From Vicugna vicugna (lineage: Eukaryota), in contig MU058781.1 in NCBI GenBank assembly GCA_013265495.1, forward strand, positions 10,955,009-11,019,008: a stretch of 64,000 nt of DNA. The letters are read 5' to 3'. The position numbers and the translations under genes are program-made. Each line of letters starts with the position of its first letter. Within the stretch, counting starts at the first letter, position 1. Under the pieces are notes generated by a model, which did not search any database, was not told the DNA's origin, and saw only the letters and a list, made by a program, of their open reading frames with translations. Of the stretch, positions 11,906 through 26,043 are shown piece by piece.

Positions 11906-12870
11906 AGAGCTTTCCAAGTGCTGTTTTACTGATGAGCTGAGAATGCATTACAATTAAATGGGAAATACTACTTCCATCATCTCTCAGGACAACAAGTCAG
12001 GGCCCGAGTTTTGGGGAGCACACAGACCAGTCCCCTGCCACTGTGGGAAGTCTTGTCTGGAGTTCTCAGAAGACATCCTGAATGCAAAAGGGACTGTTGG
12101 TCAGCACATACAATGAGGGCCATCCGGAACATGCTGCTCACCCCACGGTGTTTCATCTCATGACAAGATGACCATCTGGATAACTTGTTCTATAGCCAAC
12201 TGAGATCGCACTGCTACCGTTGTGGACAAGGAACATCAAAGGAGTTAATTTTATAGGATCCCAAGAATCAGAAAATTGGCTCAAAATGAGGTGGGTGTGT
12301 AATTGAGGCAGGATGTCCATGGAGGTCCAGGATGGAATCCCAAATCTCTGTGTTCACGTATATTAAATATGTCTGTCCTTTTGTGGTAGATGTGACTTTT
12401 CAGTGGCATCCAAGTCACCAATAAAGTGACTGCTTTAAATAATCTCATGGGTCATCTGCAAATTAAGTTTAATCTTCATTTTGAAAAAACTTGACATAAA
12501 AATACTATGATAAAATTCAAAATTCATTCATATTTTCATAAGAAGTGTCATCATCACATTTAATATTGAAATAGGAAGAATGTTGGACTCTACATATCCT
12601 GTCAAACATCTATAGATTTTTGAATGGTTGTAAAGTGATTTTAAATGGTTGTAAAGTGACTTTAAATTGTGTATCACCTGCCTGTGCAAAGTAATTCTCC
12701 TATGAATGCAAAAAGAAATCTTCTCTTAAGAATTCAGGAAAATCATTATTAAAGGATCTTAATCAAAAGTTTAATCAGCCATTTCAAACATAAAACCTGA
12801 TGTGAAGTGGTAATGTTCAGAGATATCAGCTCAAATTTATCACTAAAAATTCTGAGCAGAAATTATTTGG
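11906..12870 (+). mobile_element. Possible degraded hAT-Charlie DNA transposon remnant
   Basis: Starts CAGAGCTTTCCAA, resembling a Charlie TIR. The stretch near 12675 (ACCTGCCTGTGCAAAGTA) resembles the TYLCE motif of hAT C-termini. Weak evidence. Confidence 0.3.
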
Positions 12871-15800
12871 AAAATTTATACAAATTCAGTAATTAGCATT
12901 TGGGGTTTTGTTTCTAGATCGTAATAATATACAATATAAAGGAAATGAAATAAACTTTTTTAGGCAACCCCCATCAAGTATCAGATCCTTTCCAGTTTAC
13001 CCAAATACGTAGTACTGATAAACAAATAAGCCATGCTGTGATTTTTTTCTTTTTGGAAATGGTATCGTCTAACAGAAGAATAATTGCAACTTGGAGCATA
13101 TCACTGCCGCCCAGCCTCTGCTATTCTTTTCATCATGTTGAAGATCACTTCTGGTCAACTTTCCCACGTATAAGAGCTGCGCCGTGTGTAAGAAGGAGGA
13201 GGGCGTTTACTAGCCAGAGGCTGAGGGCCACTCTACCTCGGCCCCTTGAAGTATCAAAACTCTAGGTCTTTCTTTATACAGAAGTATAACCCAAGCCCTG
13301 CTCTAAGAACTGCTTTGTGGCCAGCATGAGAAATGAGATTGTGTGGGCAGAAGCAAGCAAGATCTATAACGGCTGCTTGAAAGGGTTACTGATAATACAC
13401 ATCTCAAAGAGGCCACAGTGGATATCTAATAAAAACGGTAGTGTGGGACTAGAAAGGTGCTACTGTGTCATCTCAGCGAGTAAAACCACAGTACTTGTGC
13501 ACAGGAGTGAAACACTGAAACATTCTCTTTGTTGGCTGAGACTAACTTTTATAATACATGACATGAATTTCTCTTAAAACAGCTTTCCTTTTCTGTACTG
13601 TATTTCCTCTGACTGTATTGATTCACGCATATAGAGTTATCCTTTCCCACATGCTCTGCAAAGTAAGCTACCTGCCATTTTATTTATCAGTTGGGAGTGG
13701 TTTCCCTCTGATTTTACTTTACATCCTTGTTCTTTGTCGTCAGTCAAGTTCTGCATATTCAGACCCTAAGCTCCAAGACAAGGGACTGTTTCATCTAGTT
13801 CACCAGGCAGCCCCAGAGCTACTAGGTGCACAGTAAACATGCATGAATAGTCAAATTAAAGGGAAGATATATTTCATCCACTTTGGTAGAAAGAATAACT
13901 CGCTAACTGGCATCCAAGCTAGAAATTAATCCTCCCCCAACAACGATATTTGGCAGAAACATGAAAATGTTGACAATTCCTGTGTAACACCAAGAAACAT
14001 CAAACTGCCACAGCTATAAAAGTGTTTCTGATTAATCCATTCACACATTACTTTGTAGGCACTACAACAATAACCATTATTTTCATAAAGTCACCCAGAA
14101 CTTATGGTAGCAGATGACAGAAAGTAAGGAGACGGGTTCTGTCCTTTATTCCACCTTGATAGCAAACTCTGGACTCCTAATTTGCCTTTTCTCTTCCACC
14201 CACTACGGTTTTGGGTAAACACCTATATACCAGGTAAGAAAAAAAATCCAGGATAACTTGAAGACATTGGGCCTCAGTGTTTCTTGACTAAGAGAACCAC
14301 ATTATAAGCTTCCTGAGGACAATGACCCTGGCTTTTATTTTTAAATTTCTCCCCCCATCCCATTAGCACCTAATACAATATAGATAAAGAAAGGACATTC
14401 AAAAATATATCATAGAGTCAGAATATACATGCTAAAAAAATAGTACAGGAACCAAATATCAATTCAATCACTAGCAAATTCCAGAAGGCTGTGCTCACAG
14501 TTATGATGAGAGGAGAAAGGCAGCCCCTGTCCTCTCAGAAGCCTACAAACTGGTGGTGCTTCAAAGCAAACTTCCGAAACTGTCTTACATGGTATAATAC
14601 TTTTTAAATGGAATAAAAGTCACCCATCTCTTCCTGCTCTTTATACCTTTTCACAGTATTTTGGAAACAGCACAGAAGTGACTCTCAATTGAAAAGCCAT
14701 TTGTAGCATCACCAAGCCACTAATGGTGGCCTACTCCCAGCAGGCTTATTTGTGAAAATATGACTTTAAGTTTAACCTAGCAAGCTGCATGCTTCTAACA
14801 ACATCCAGCAGTCCACAGCTGACTTTGAATATACCCTAGGTTCCAACTGGATCACAGAACTAAATCATCTCTTATTCCAGCCTACTCATTTTGAACCACC
14901 TCATTTTACAGTATGGTTAGCATAGCCTTTCTAGTTAAGGATGATTGCTCAAAGCACTTAGGGCAATGTTGTCTTAGCACAGCATCTAGAGTGAGGCAGT
15001 TGACACAAATTGCATCATATGCTGCTTGAGATTTAATGTTGTTACTGCCAGGAGAATATTTTTGCAAAGGTCACTGATGTATAACAAAATAAAACATGCG
15101 CCAAGACCAAACCTTCAGTCAGCATTCCTCTTTAGTCCAAGATTCCAATTATAGCTCCTTTCTTAAATGTAGGACCAAGAAGACAATAAATAAAATCTGC
15201 ATATCTTAATTAATGTCAAAAGTCTTTGGTATGATAATAATACGGGGGAAAAATACTGTCCACTGTACAAATCCTTTGGTTCCAAAATAAATACAATTGA
15301 CACTTCTAAGACTTTATACCAGAAATGCTATCCATTCGTTGTATACACCTTATACTAAACCTAACTGCTAATTGTAGAATTCAAAAAACAATGGCAATGA
15401 TTAATTTATTCTTTCTGTATTCTGTAACAAAGGAAAAGAAGGGTAACATAGGAAGGAAAGTCAGTATAAATATATGGAGAATATACTGGTATCCTATGAA
15501 ATGAACTGTGAGTAACAGAACACTCCACTCTCATTTCCTAGAAGCATATTTTGCTGGAGGTCATAAACTTTAAAACTGCCCAATTAGATTTTATATCAAG
15601 CAATACAATTTAGCCTTCTGTGGATCCATGAACTCTGGCTCGCTATGAATTAAATGGTCCTACAAATCACTACATACAAGATGACTTGCACAATGTGCAT
15701 ATATTTCTATTAATCACTTTTTTAATGATAATGTAATTAAGAACTGGCCTTAATATGTTGGATCCTTATTGTAATTACAGTTCTACATTCTGCAATAAGC

Positions 15801-16846
15801 TCAAAGAAAGCCCCTTTTGAGCTTACATGGCTTGATGATCAGAATTTTCCTTTCTGTTTTCATGATTTCCATTTACTCGGCCTGCTCTTCACAGGTCTAA
15901 TTTTAGATTTAGCTGTGATCAGGTGTGGCTCTAGCTAAAGAGCCTTCATTCTCTTCTAGAAAGTTCTACCTATTCATTATTTATCTCACGAGGTACCTGG
16001 GAAGGACACAGATAAAAGTGGATGCAACCACAAATAAACAGATTGCATTTGTTCTATAAACCACCAGCATTAGTGTGTTGGTTATTTGTTATCTACAGTC
16101 ATTTAATCACAGTGTTGAAAATTACATAACAGTTTTCCAAAACTGTTAAGTGGACCAATACACCCAAACAATTTAGGCCTTTCTGCAAGGTCTGAGGTCA
16201 TCAAGGTTATCATGTCCTTCATGCACCGGCCATCCTTCAGGTGAGGGATGAAGTCAGAAAATGCACAAAAAAAGATATGCCACTAGAAGAGGAAATTATT
16301 CTCATCTCCAAACTCTCCAAATTATGCTTATGGTCTTTTTTCTTCCTTTGAAAAGAAAGCCCCCACAAAGCTTCCAAATGAGGAGATTTTAAATGGTTCA
16401 GGGAGTCTGTTCTGTTGAGATAACTAACCTACCCAAATTTGGAAAACTATTCAATTTTACCTAAACCAATGAAGCTTCTAAAGTAACCAAAGCATAGGAA
16501 CACTCCTCTGGGAAGTTCAGTGTTTCTAATTCAAATTTCAGCCTTAAAAAGAATATGTAGAAATGCAAAAGAAAAATGACAACGGGGAATAAATCTACAA
16601 AAATTTTTAATTATTATCTTTGGAGTAAATAAATATCTAAGGATAATTCTGGGATCAGTTTGATTTGTTTAGTCTTGTTTTCAAATTTTTCAAGATAAAT
16701 AATGTTTTCAAACATTTTTTAAAAGAGCTAAAAAAAATCCTGGAGAAGGATAATACAGACAGAATTATTAATGTGAGAATGTCTGAAACTAAAAATCTAA
16801 TGTGAATATTCAAGATGATCCAGTGAAGATTAAATAAAAGATTGAA

Positions 16847-17198
16847 ATACATGCTACAAAACAGGTGAATCTTGAAAGCATTACACCACATGAAAGAAGT
16901 CACCAAAGATCACATACTATATGATTGCATTAACTTAAAATGTCCAGAATAGACAAATCCATAGAGATAGAAAGCAGACTAGTGTTGCCAGGGGCTGGGA
17001 AGCAGAATGGGGAGAATGAGGAGCACCTGCTAATGGGTACAGGGTTTCTTTTCAGGGTGATGCAAATGTTCTAAAATTGACTGTGCTGATGGATGAATAC
17101 TCTACAAATATACTAAAAGCCATTGAACTGTACACTTAAATTGGGTGAATTTTATGGTATTTGAAATATATATTAATAAAGCTGTTTTATTTTTAAAA
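16847..17198 (+). mobile_element. L1MB-type LINE-1 3' end
   Basis: ACATGCTACAA...AATGTCCAGAATAGACAAATCCATAGAGATAGAAAGCAGA...CTGCTAATGGGTACAGGGTTTCTTT...AATAAAGCTGTT. Confidence 0.88.
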
Positions 17199-18954
17199 GC
17201 CCACAAAATTCAACAGTGTTCATCTCTGCTATAAATAGGGATAACGATCACCTGTATCAGGACCCTTGACTTTAATAATCAGTGGACTTTCTTTTAAAAT
17301 ATCCTTGGATTAGTCACACAGATCAGAGTTACTAATATTTAGAGTTTATTTTTTAAAGAGGAGATGACCATCTTATGCACTGTCTTCAGGAAAGGTGAAG
17401 TTGAATGCAAGAGAGCTTCTCAGCATCTACATTAAACAGATTATCCACTTCATCAGATGGTCCATTTCAGATGGATCAAAAACACTCAACTTTGCTCATC
17501 TCTCTGGCTAGTTCTCTGTGATCCTAAATATTAATCTGTTTGTACGTCCTCAGACACTTGGCAATATACTAACAGCATATCTCAGCACGTGTTGTGTGGA
17601 TACTTCCCCTGCCCTTGCTCTGTTATAAAAACAGAGATTTACAATTCAACACATAACTGAAATAAACCTAAAGAAATCAAAGTGACGGGTCTAGAATTGT
17701 GTCTAGAAAATACAAAACACAGTTAAATGAAACACCTATGAACAGAGCCAGGAGCTGGTTTTACTTAGCTGGTCCCCAGTGCAACATAGGTCACAGGTGA
17801 CAGGGAAAAACTCACAGAAGTCAAGGTTTATTCCACTTGATAAATTCTTCAAGCATCATCTGTTTGATTTACAAGTTAGGGGAGTCAGATCACAGAGGGC
17901 CTGAGCAATGAATTTGCAGTTCTATGAAACTAGAAATTAAGGCTCCTGTTTCAACATCATTTACTAAGGAAACAGTAAGGCACTCAGATCATCCCCATGT
18001 GTTTACCACACTTTAATTTTAGGGGTCAATTTATATAAATCCAGCAGTGGATTTAAAAATAGATGGAGAAATAGGTAAATAAATAAGACTTGAAAAAAGC
18101 ATATTGAGTGAAATGCAAGATCAGTTGAAAGTCAACCATCCAAATCCAGGGCTGTTCATGTTACTGACTTTTGGGGAGAAGAGACATGTGTCAAAGGCAG
18201 TACATGTCAAATGTACTAGGACCCATCAATCCTTTCTTAGCAATAAGGGAATATTCACTGTTGACTTAAACTAAGTCACTTGTCTGGTGACCCTGGCAGC
18301 AAATGTCAGAAAACATTGCCCTTCACTTCGTCTGTCACTGACACTTGACCACAGTGTCTTTTTTCTTTACCAGAGAAAAGAGAAAGTCAACTCAGTAGAG
18401 GAAGTGGGGCTGTCAGGGAGATGATGGGAAAAGATACACATTTTGAAGATGATGGATTGCCCCCACTGAGTCCATACACTCCTCAATCAGAACACTCGGG
18501 ACAGGTTATTATTACCCTAGCGTGATTCAGAGAGGACTCACTCTTTCCCCTAACTCAGAAACAAGTTGAAAGCCTATGACATCCCATCCAAGGGAGACAT
18601 ATCGGGCTGTGCCCAACCAGGGGTCTCTCTGATGAGCATCTCTTCATTTCTGTGGCCTGAAAGATGCAACCAGATAGTTATTTGTAGAGGAAGGGGAATT
18701 TTGACTGTCACTGAGTTGGGTTAAATTTTGCAGACATCCCTATGGTACTGAGTAGGAAGAGAATAGAGATTCCTCTCCACTGCAGTGCAGTCTTTGAGAA
18801 TTTAGGAATGTGGGGAAAATATGTGGAGGATCTATGATGTTCCATGGAGAAGGGGCAGGTGTAGCAACAATGTCCACATATCCTAAGCTTCATTTCCCCC
18901 GGTAAAAATCAGGGCCAAACACAGCAGATAGCGATTGCCACTGGAGCTGAGAAA

Positions 18955-18973
18955 GAGCGCCCCCTGTGGGGTG
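18955..18973 (-). promoter_or_regulatory. CTCF-like motif
   Basis: The - strand reads CACCCCACAGGGGGCGCTC, containing the CAGGGGGCGCT core of the CTCF consensus with its CpG retained. Confidence 0.55.
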
Positions 18974-20439
18974 CATGAGCAGGAAGGGTTTCCCATATTT
19001 TAAAGGCTGTAAATGATTCCATTAGATAAACAAGTATAATCACAGTTTGGGGACACAAGCTCAGCAAAAGGTGCATTTGGAGAAGAGTGAGCCAATCAGT
19101 CTGGCCCCATTAGAGAATGTGTTCTCATATTTTGTCCCCTTATTCAGAAGGAACAGAGACAGGCAGAGGAACAATGAGGGAACACATAAGACATTGGTGT
19201 TCTGGGATTAACAATAGAGTGTGCTCACTTGGAGACAGAGAGCAGTAATGGGCTACAGTCCTCAGAGGGCACTCAAGCTATAAGCATCTTCTTAATAAGC
19301 GATCCCTTCATGTTATATATACAAAGAGTCCCACCTATGACCACAAATTCTGCTTGCCATATCTTCTAGTTATTCTGAAAAGGACAAGAAAGACCTAGAT
19401 GAAAGAAGTTACAATTATTCTTGACATTTTAGAATGAACCTCTGCTGTGTTCAGAATGTTTTGTCATAGGCTTTAAAATGTGAACTAATATAGGAGAAAG
19501 TCTGGACTGAAGACTTCTTTTGAAACAAGAGCTCACCTGTATCTGACTTTGCCTCAAACTCAAACAGATTTTAGCAACTAATTGAAAGGTCTTCATCTCA
19601 TCCAAGTGAAAAACATCATAACTCCTTTTAGCTTTATACTGATTAATTTATGATTAAGCAGTGCAACGGGGAAATATGGATTTTTTTGGTTAAGAAGCTA
19701 TAAAGAAATGTGTCACTCAGGCTAGCTCTGGGTGCAAGCTTATTAATGAACCACATTCTCCTTTATAGTTGTCTGCATTCTTCAATTTTTCTTTAAAGGG
19801 CATATATTACTTTTCAGGGGAAAAAAAAAGTTGTCAGAAAAAGAAAAATATTACCATTAATCTTTACCTTGAAAAAGGAATGAGATCAAAACAAAAAGGC
19901 AAAATACCAAAGTGTTAACAGTGATTGGCTTCAACCACAAAGTAAGTGATGACTTTTTCTTTTCAACTCTTCTAGTATTTTTTCAAATGTTCTACAAAGA
20001 ATATTTTTAGTTAAAAACACTTTGAGGAACAAAGGAAACTTGGAAAGAAATGTTGCCTCAATTTTAATTAACTGGAAATCCAGGAAAAGATTGTAATTAT
20101 CTAACTTGAAGAAAGCTGAGCGGACAGAGCCCACAAAGCTTACTGGAGACAAATGGCAACGGCTAAGAAGCACCCGCCCGTGGCCAGCCTTGGTGTTAGG
20201 CAGATCTCTCTGTCACCAAGCATGTGGATTGGAAGGCATCCAAAAGACTGTTCTCCAACCTATCTGTTCTTTCCTGAAACAGCACCCACACCAGTCTGCT
20301 ACTGTCTCTCATGTTCTTGCCGTTAGTCATTTCTTCAGCTTCTAGCAATATGTTCTCTGGAATACCCATTTTAATCAAAGTGTCCTTGGGAAGGGGACTA
20401 GCAGCCAATGGCAAATCAGAAAGGTTGAAGTTGCCATGA

Positions 20440-20600
20440 AAAGACCACAGGCCTGAACCCCAGTTCCAAACCCAGGGTTTTCTCTAAGTCGTACTGAAAT
20501 CTTGTGCACAACATTTGACTTCTTTTGGAATCAAATCCCTCTTCTATAAAATGAAGGAATGGACTTATAATTCCTTATGAGTCTTCCAAGATCTAAATTC
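20440..20600 (+). mobile_element. MIR3-like SINE
   Basis: TTCCAAACCCAGG...CTTCTATAAAATGAAGGAATGGACT...CTTCCAAGATCTAAATTCTG. Confidence 0.6.
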
Positions 20601-23600
20601 TGCCAGCATAATTTCTCAATTTAGATGGCTGTCACCTTCAAAAAGCAAAGAACTGCTGAGGGACTAGATAATAAAGTAGACATGTGTTCAAGGTGGGCAT
20701 CAAGGGAAGTAAATATTTTTCTGAGTCAGTCTTGATTCTGAGTCAAGAGTCTCAGTTTAATATCTTAATCTCACAAGACAATCATATTCTATGAGGTTTT
20801 TTTTAAAGTGGCTTATTTTCTCAAGAAACTACTGAGAGTGATCATTTTATCAATATTCCTATAAAATGGAGATGTTAAAAATATAGGGCCATTCTCTTGT
20901 ATATTTTACATGATTGTAGAACAGCTGATTGACAGAACAGAGTAATGTAGGGTTCTTTCTAATCTCAAATCCATCACAAATGAGAGTGAGTAGAAAACAT
21001 ACACATAAGCAGTAGGCTCTTCTGTGAGGAAAAAGGAATAGTTTATTTATTCTCCTCTATAGAAAACAAAGAGATTTATTAATGAGGAAGGAGAAAGGCA
21101 GTACCAGTTTAAAGAAGAATGAAATCAAGGACAGGAGAAAAAAAAAAACAAGTGTTTCCCTACCAAATGACCTTATTATTTTAAAAGAAGAATATGTTCA
21201 TGTTTTGAATGCATTTTATGCTGCTGTACAATTATCTTTCTAGAGAACTAATTCTGATAACATGGGATGCATCAACATGGCATAAAATAAACCCTGCAGC
21301 TTTTAACTATGGGCCACTCTCTCTTGGTCTTGCACCCAACCTCTTACTGTGTGAATGGCAACACATTTTTCCCAGCAATGAAAGCAGACCTTATTCCTAA
21401 AATTAAAAAGTTTGATTTTTCCAAGTCCTCTTTTTCATGATCAAGTTTCTGACCCTGATTTGTCACAACCCCACTGGCTAGACTTCTCCCCAACTAGATG
21501 AACTGAATTGTAAAAATTACTCAGTGGAAACTGAAAGCCTAAAATGAACTGAGATGATTCATTCTGGAGCCCCTTGCTATTTTCGGACTTTGGACAGAAT
21601 TGCTGGCATTCAGAAGTAATAAACGAGGCTGACTTGACACCTTGATTTGTTAACTCAGAGAAATCCACAGTCAGTCCCACACTGGATTCACGTGGAGTTC
21701 AGTGATACAAAGGTGATTAAGAAGGAAAAAAGTGGCCACATCACTTTTAAAGTTTTATAAGCCAATTTATCACCCGTGTTTTGACGTAGCTAGCCCAGCA
21801 ATATTCTTAAAGGATTCCCAAAGCAGATTACCTAGAATAATAAAATCAGTAACTCATATAGCAAGAATTTTTTTTTAATTTATTACACATTTAAAGAAAA
21901 AAAAGGCAAGCCAACCATTCCTCTGGAAGTGAAGTCTGAATAATAGATCAATAAGCACCTGACCAAACAACTGAGCTATATGGTCAAAATCATATTCAAT
22001 CTTTAAAGGTTAAAAACTGATCCACCACTTAAAGAATGTACTTTGAGCAGTCTCTCCAGCAGTGCTGGTGAATTTAGACAGTTTTGTCAACATTGTCATT
22101 AGTGTCTTCCCCTGACCAAGCTGAATATTTGTAATATGTTAAAACAAGGCCCAGTGTAAGGTACTGGCCACCGTGAACTGACTGACAGAAGCACTGATCC
22201 AGAGCCATGGCGTGACAGACCACAGGTGTGATCTTAAGTCCTCAAAAATTCTTCAGAATGCCACCAAACCTGTAAGCTCAAACCTCGAAGTTCAGAGCAC
22301 TATTTATATGCTATATATGGCAAGGGAACAACCCTTTAATGATAACAGTGCTAGAAATTTTTGTTTAACTTTCCCTTTTTTCAAGTGATCTCTGTTTTTT
22401 GAAGTGTACCCAAAATATACCAAGAGCCAAAACTTGGGTTGGTTTTCCCAACACTAGTAACAGTAGAGATAGCTAAAACCTATAGAGTGCCTACATGTGC
22501 CAGATACTCTTCTCAGTGGTTTGTCTATGTTAATGCATTTAACTCATGCCAACTACACCTGTCTCATTTCAACCAGATTCTGTGCTGTGTTGATTGTTAA
22601 GACAGGTAAGTAAAAGTGTCCCTCTTCTGGGCTTTGATCTTTACTCTGTCTGTCTTCCACCAGTGCCCCTTCCCATATAGGCACAGAGTCCAAAGAACCA
22701 AGAAAATATGCCTGCTTCCTCTCTAGATCACACTTCTGCTGTTGAGACTGCAGACTCTCTGCCTAGACAGTGTGGAGCCTGCTTCCCAGATCTGATCTTC
22801 CTCTTCCCTAGGAGCTGATCATTGTTGAACGGGTATGTTGAAAGGGATGTGGAAAAATTAATGATTTAATTGATCAATTAACACATAAACCTTAATGCAA
22901 AGGGTTTGGAGAACCTCTTCTAATTGTCAAGAGAATTTTTTTTTAATCTCCTGATTTCACATCCACTTCCTGGAAAGGTGAAGCTGTCAGTTAATTCCAG
23001 TTAAGTAAGATGTCTGATAAATTATATAACAGAAAACAGCATTCAATGAACAAAGGTCTGTGACAGTGGCTTTTTTTTTTTTTTGAGAAAAAAAAAAAAG
23101 GCGAGGAGGAGTTCTAAAATCCTAAACACTTGGCTTCTTTCAGAAAAAGGATCCTCTTCCAATAACATTTAATTTTGCTTTCCAAAAAATATGCTCAGTA
23201 CTTGCAGTCAGCAGACAGAATAATTAACCAATCTCCAAATACCTTTCTGTTCTTTGGCCTCCTATAGTAGATGTAGTATTTCATCTCTTAGTTATTTCAA
23301 TCAGGGTCCTTCCTGATTGTTTTATAACTTAATTACAGTGGTTACATCATGTTTATAGACTATGCCAGGCCAGCACAGTGCAAGCTTTTCTATCACACCC
23401 TGGATATGCGAAGAATCAATGGGTATGCTTGTTAGCTACAAAACCAGCTAATGGGCTGCAATTGTGAAGCAGGAAGTTTTTCCAAGAAAACATATAATAT
23501 CATTAGTAGAGGTGACTGTATCTCATCCAGCAAGACTGGGTGTCTGTTTCTCAATCCACAGACTTCAACTAGACCTAAGAGTTCCCCTAGTCTTCAACTA

Positions 23601-23845
23601 AGAAAAGCTCAGAGTGCAGAGGCCAGCATCCCTTGTCTGTTTTATCACTAAGAAGCAGCAGCAATCTAGTGGGGGGGAAATGCTGGAAGACTATCATGTA
23701 ACTAGATGATTTTTTTTTTCCTTCTTGGATTTGTTTCAAACCTTGGAAGCTACTAGCTAGTTTATATAAGCAACCAGCCAAAGCCAGATTCAAGCACAAC
23801 CCCCATCCTGGGTTGCTGGGGTGATTATTCAAGCACATTTTAGAG

Positions 23846-24044
23846 CAGGGTTTCTCAACTGGGCAATTTTGCACCCCAGAGGACATTTGACAGTGTCTGA
23901 AGACATTTTTGCTTGTCGTAACTTAGGGAAGGAGGGAGGAGTGAAACTGGTATCTCATTAACAGTCTATAATGTGCAGGATAGCTCCTCACAGCAAAGAA
24001 TTATTCATCCCCAAATACCAATAGTGCCAGAGCCAGAAACCTTG
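23846..24044. mobile_element. MER20 hAT-Charlie MITE
   Basis: CAGGGTTTCTCAACTGGGCAATTTTGCACCCCAGAGGACATTTGACAGTGTCTGAAGACATTTT...CAAAGAATTAT...AGAAACCTTG with inverted termini. Confidence 0.85.
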
Positions 24045-24309
24045 TTTTACTGGGACAACGGCATGAGAAAAATGGCACCTAATACTCCTAACTTTGAAAT
24101 TCGAATGGCTTCCTCTCTCAGGTGTTCTTACCTACACACACCGAGAGATGCTTAGCTTGTTTATGGAGTCAGGCTGGGACCACACAAATTGAACTTGTGG
24201 GTGGTACAGAATCAAATATAATTCTGTGTTGCTATATAGAACCTTTCCCTATGGAGGTCAAAATGCTTTTCAGAAAAAGTTATTCCACCGGGAGAGGGAA
24301 CTGGGAGTC

Positions 24310-24420
24310 AAAGGGATCCTCATTTCACAGATGAGAAAACAGGGGACCAGGAGAGGTTGTCATTTGCTCAAGGTTATTCAGTGAAGCAGGTTCAGAGCTC
24401 AGGAAACTAAGAGAGACTTG
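24310..24420 (-). mobile_element. MIR fragment
   Basis: CATTTCACAGATGAGAAAACAGGGGACCAGGAGAGGTTGTCATTTGCTCAAGGTTA. Confidence 0.7.
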
Positions 24421-26043
24421 ACATTGGAGAGAAGAATTCTGAAAGAATGTAAAAGGACAGAAAAGTGCTCTCCGCTGGAGGCCTTCTTGGCAGCACAAAT
24501 CTTTTCCACGTCCTGAGGCCCTGGTGTCAAGAAAGCTGGGTCCCTGTGATGGACAGCCCCTGGTTCTCCCCAGAAGCAGTAACCCCAGAAGAATCCCACA
24601 ACCCCTCCCTGACAGCCAGAGCCCTCACCTGACAAACCCAATTCCCAGGGCTATTCTCCAGATGTTTATACTGTCAAATGATTTAATGGACTGCAGAAAT
24701 GAGTTGGTCTGTTCGTTAAAATAGTCATCATAATGAAAAAGGTGGATGGCTTCTGCCCTTCTCCTCTGTCAGTCTGTCACATCTAGGTACCTCTGTCCTA
24801 TCAATCAGCGTAGTATACATTATGTAAATACCAAAGATGAAATGTCAGCCTATGTATCTAATTGTTCTTGTGTGCCATATGGGAAAATGACTGGTGGGCC
24901 CTGCTCTTCTGCTTTACAACCAGCACTAATTGGCATCTTTGTTATCTAGCCATGGAGATCCTGATTGGGATGGTTTTGAGGCTCCAGTAACCCTTTTAAC
25001 AGGAAACGTGATTCAGGCTGATTCTTCTTGAGTGAAGAAAACAACAACAAAAGAACGCAGAGAAACCTGAGGAACTTTATGATCCTTGTAACATTTGGTC
25101 AAGAATTTTCATGGACACAGAGTCATTTATTATACTTGTTGAAGGTAAGAGGGAAAATTCAAAAGGCTTGGAAATGAATATTTCTGTATTTTTCTCCCCA
25201 GAAAACAGAGGAGCCCTACAGAAAGAGGTGAAGCATTTTCCCAGATAACTGGGAAAACAAAGTACAGGGGTCATTTTCTCCCACTAAAGTTCCTGACCTA
25301 CTTCGGGGAACATATGTTTTGTCCATCTTCAGGGATAGGATCATGAAATATCAGTGTAAGAATGGGTTTTAAAAGTCATCAAATTGAGCATTCTACTGGG
25401 ACATGAATCCGACTTTAGATATCTCCAACAACAAGCTTCATGTCTCTGCCTTGATACTTTCTATGAATAGGAAACCACTGACTTATAGGATTCCATTTAG
25501 ATGTTACTAATTTAAAAGGATAAAAGATGCAAACCCCAGGGGTATTCCAGCGCATTCAACACAGTACAGACGGTAGTATCAAAAATGCCCTATTCATAAA
25601 GACAAGCTCCCTGTCCAACTTTCTCAAAGTGAAAATGATACTGAAGCCAATTTCAAGTCCCTAAAGAAGTAATCGATCTTCTTGTCTTATTTGCAAATAT
25701 ACACAGTATATAAATTAACTTACTTTCCATCCCAGAGGACAAGGAGTTTTTAACATATCCTATATTGGGAGAAAATATCTCCTCTACCTCAAATTATGTT
25801 CCATCCTATCCTATATACAAAAAATCTGTGAATGCAATGGTAAGTGCAAACCAACTACCAACATAAAACTTAGTTCTAAAAATTTTCAGTGTTCTAACTG
25901 ATTCCATGTTCAAAGTGATCCATGTAGAGTTACTGGGAAAAAATGGCTACATAAAGTTACCAAACTTAGACCAATAGCAAATGAGACTACCTGTGATATT
26001 TGAAATAAAAGTTTATTTTCTAACGCAAGATAAACTGGAATCA

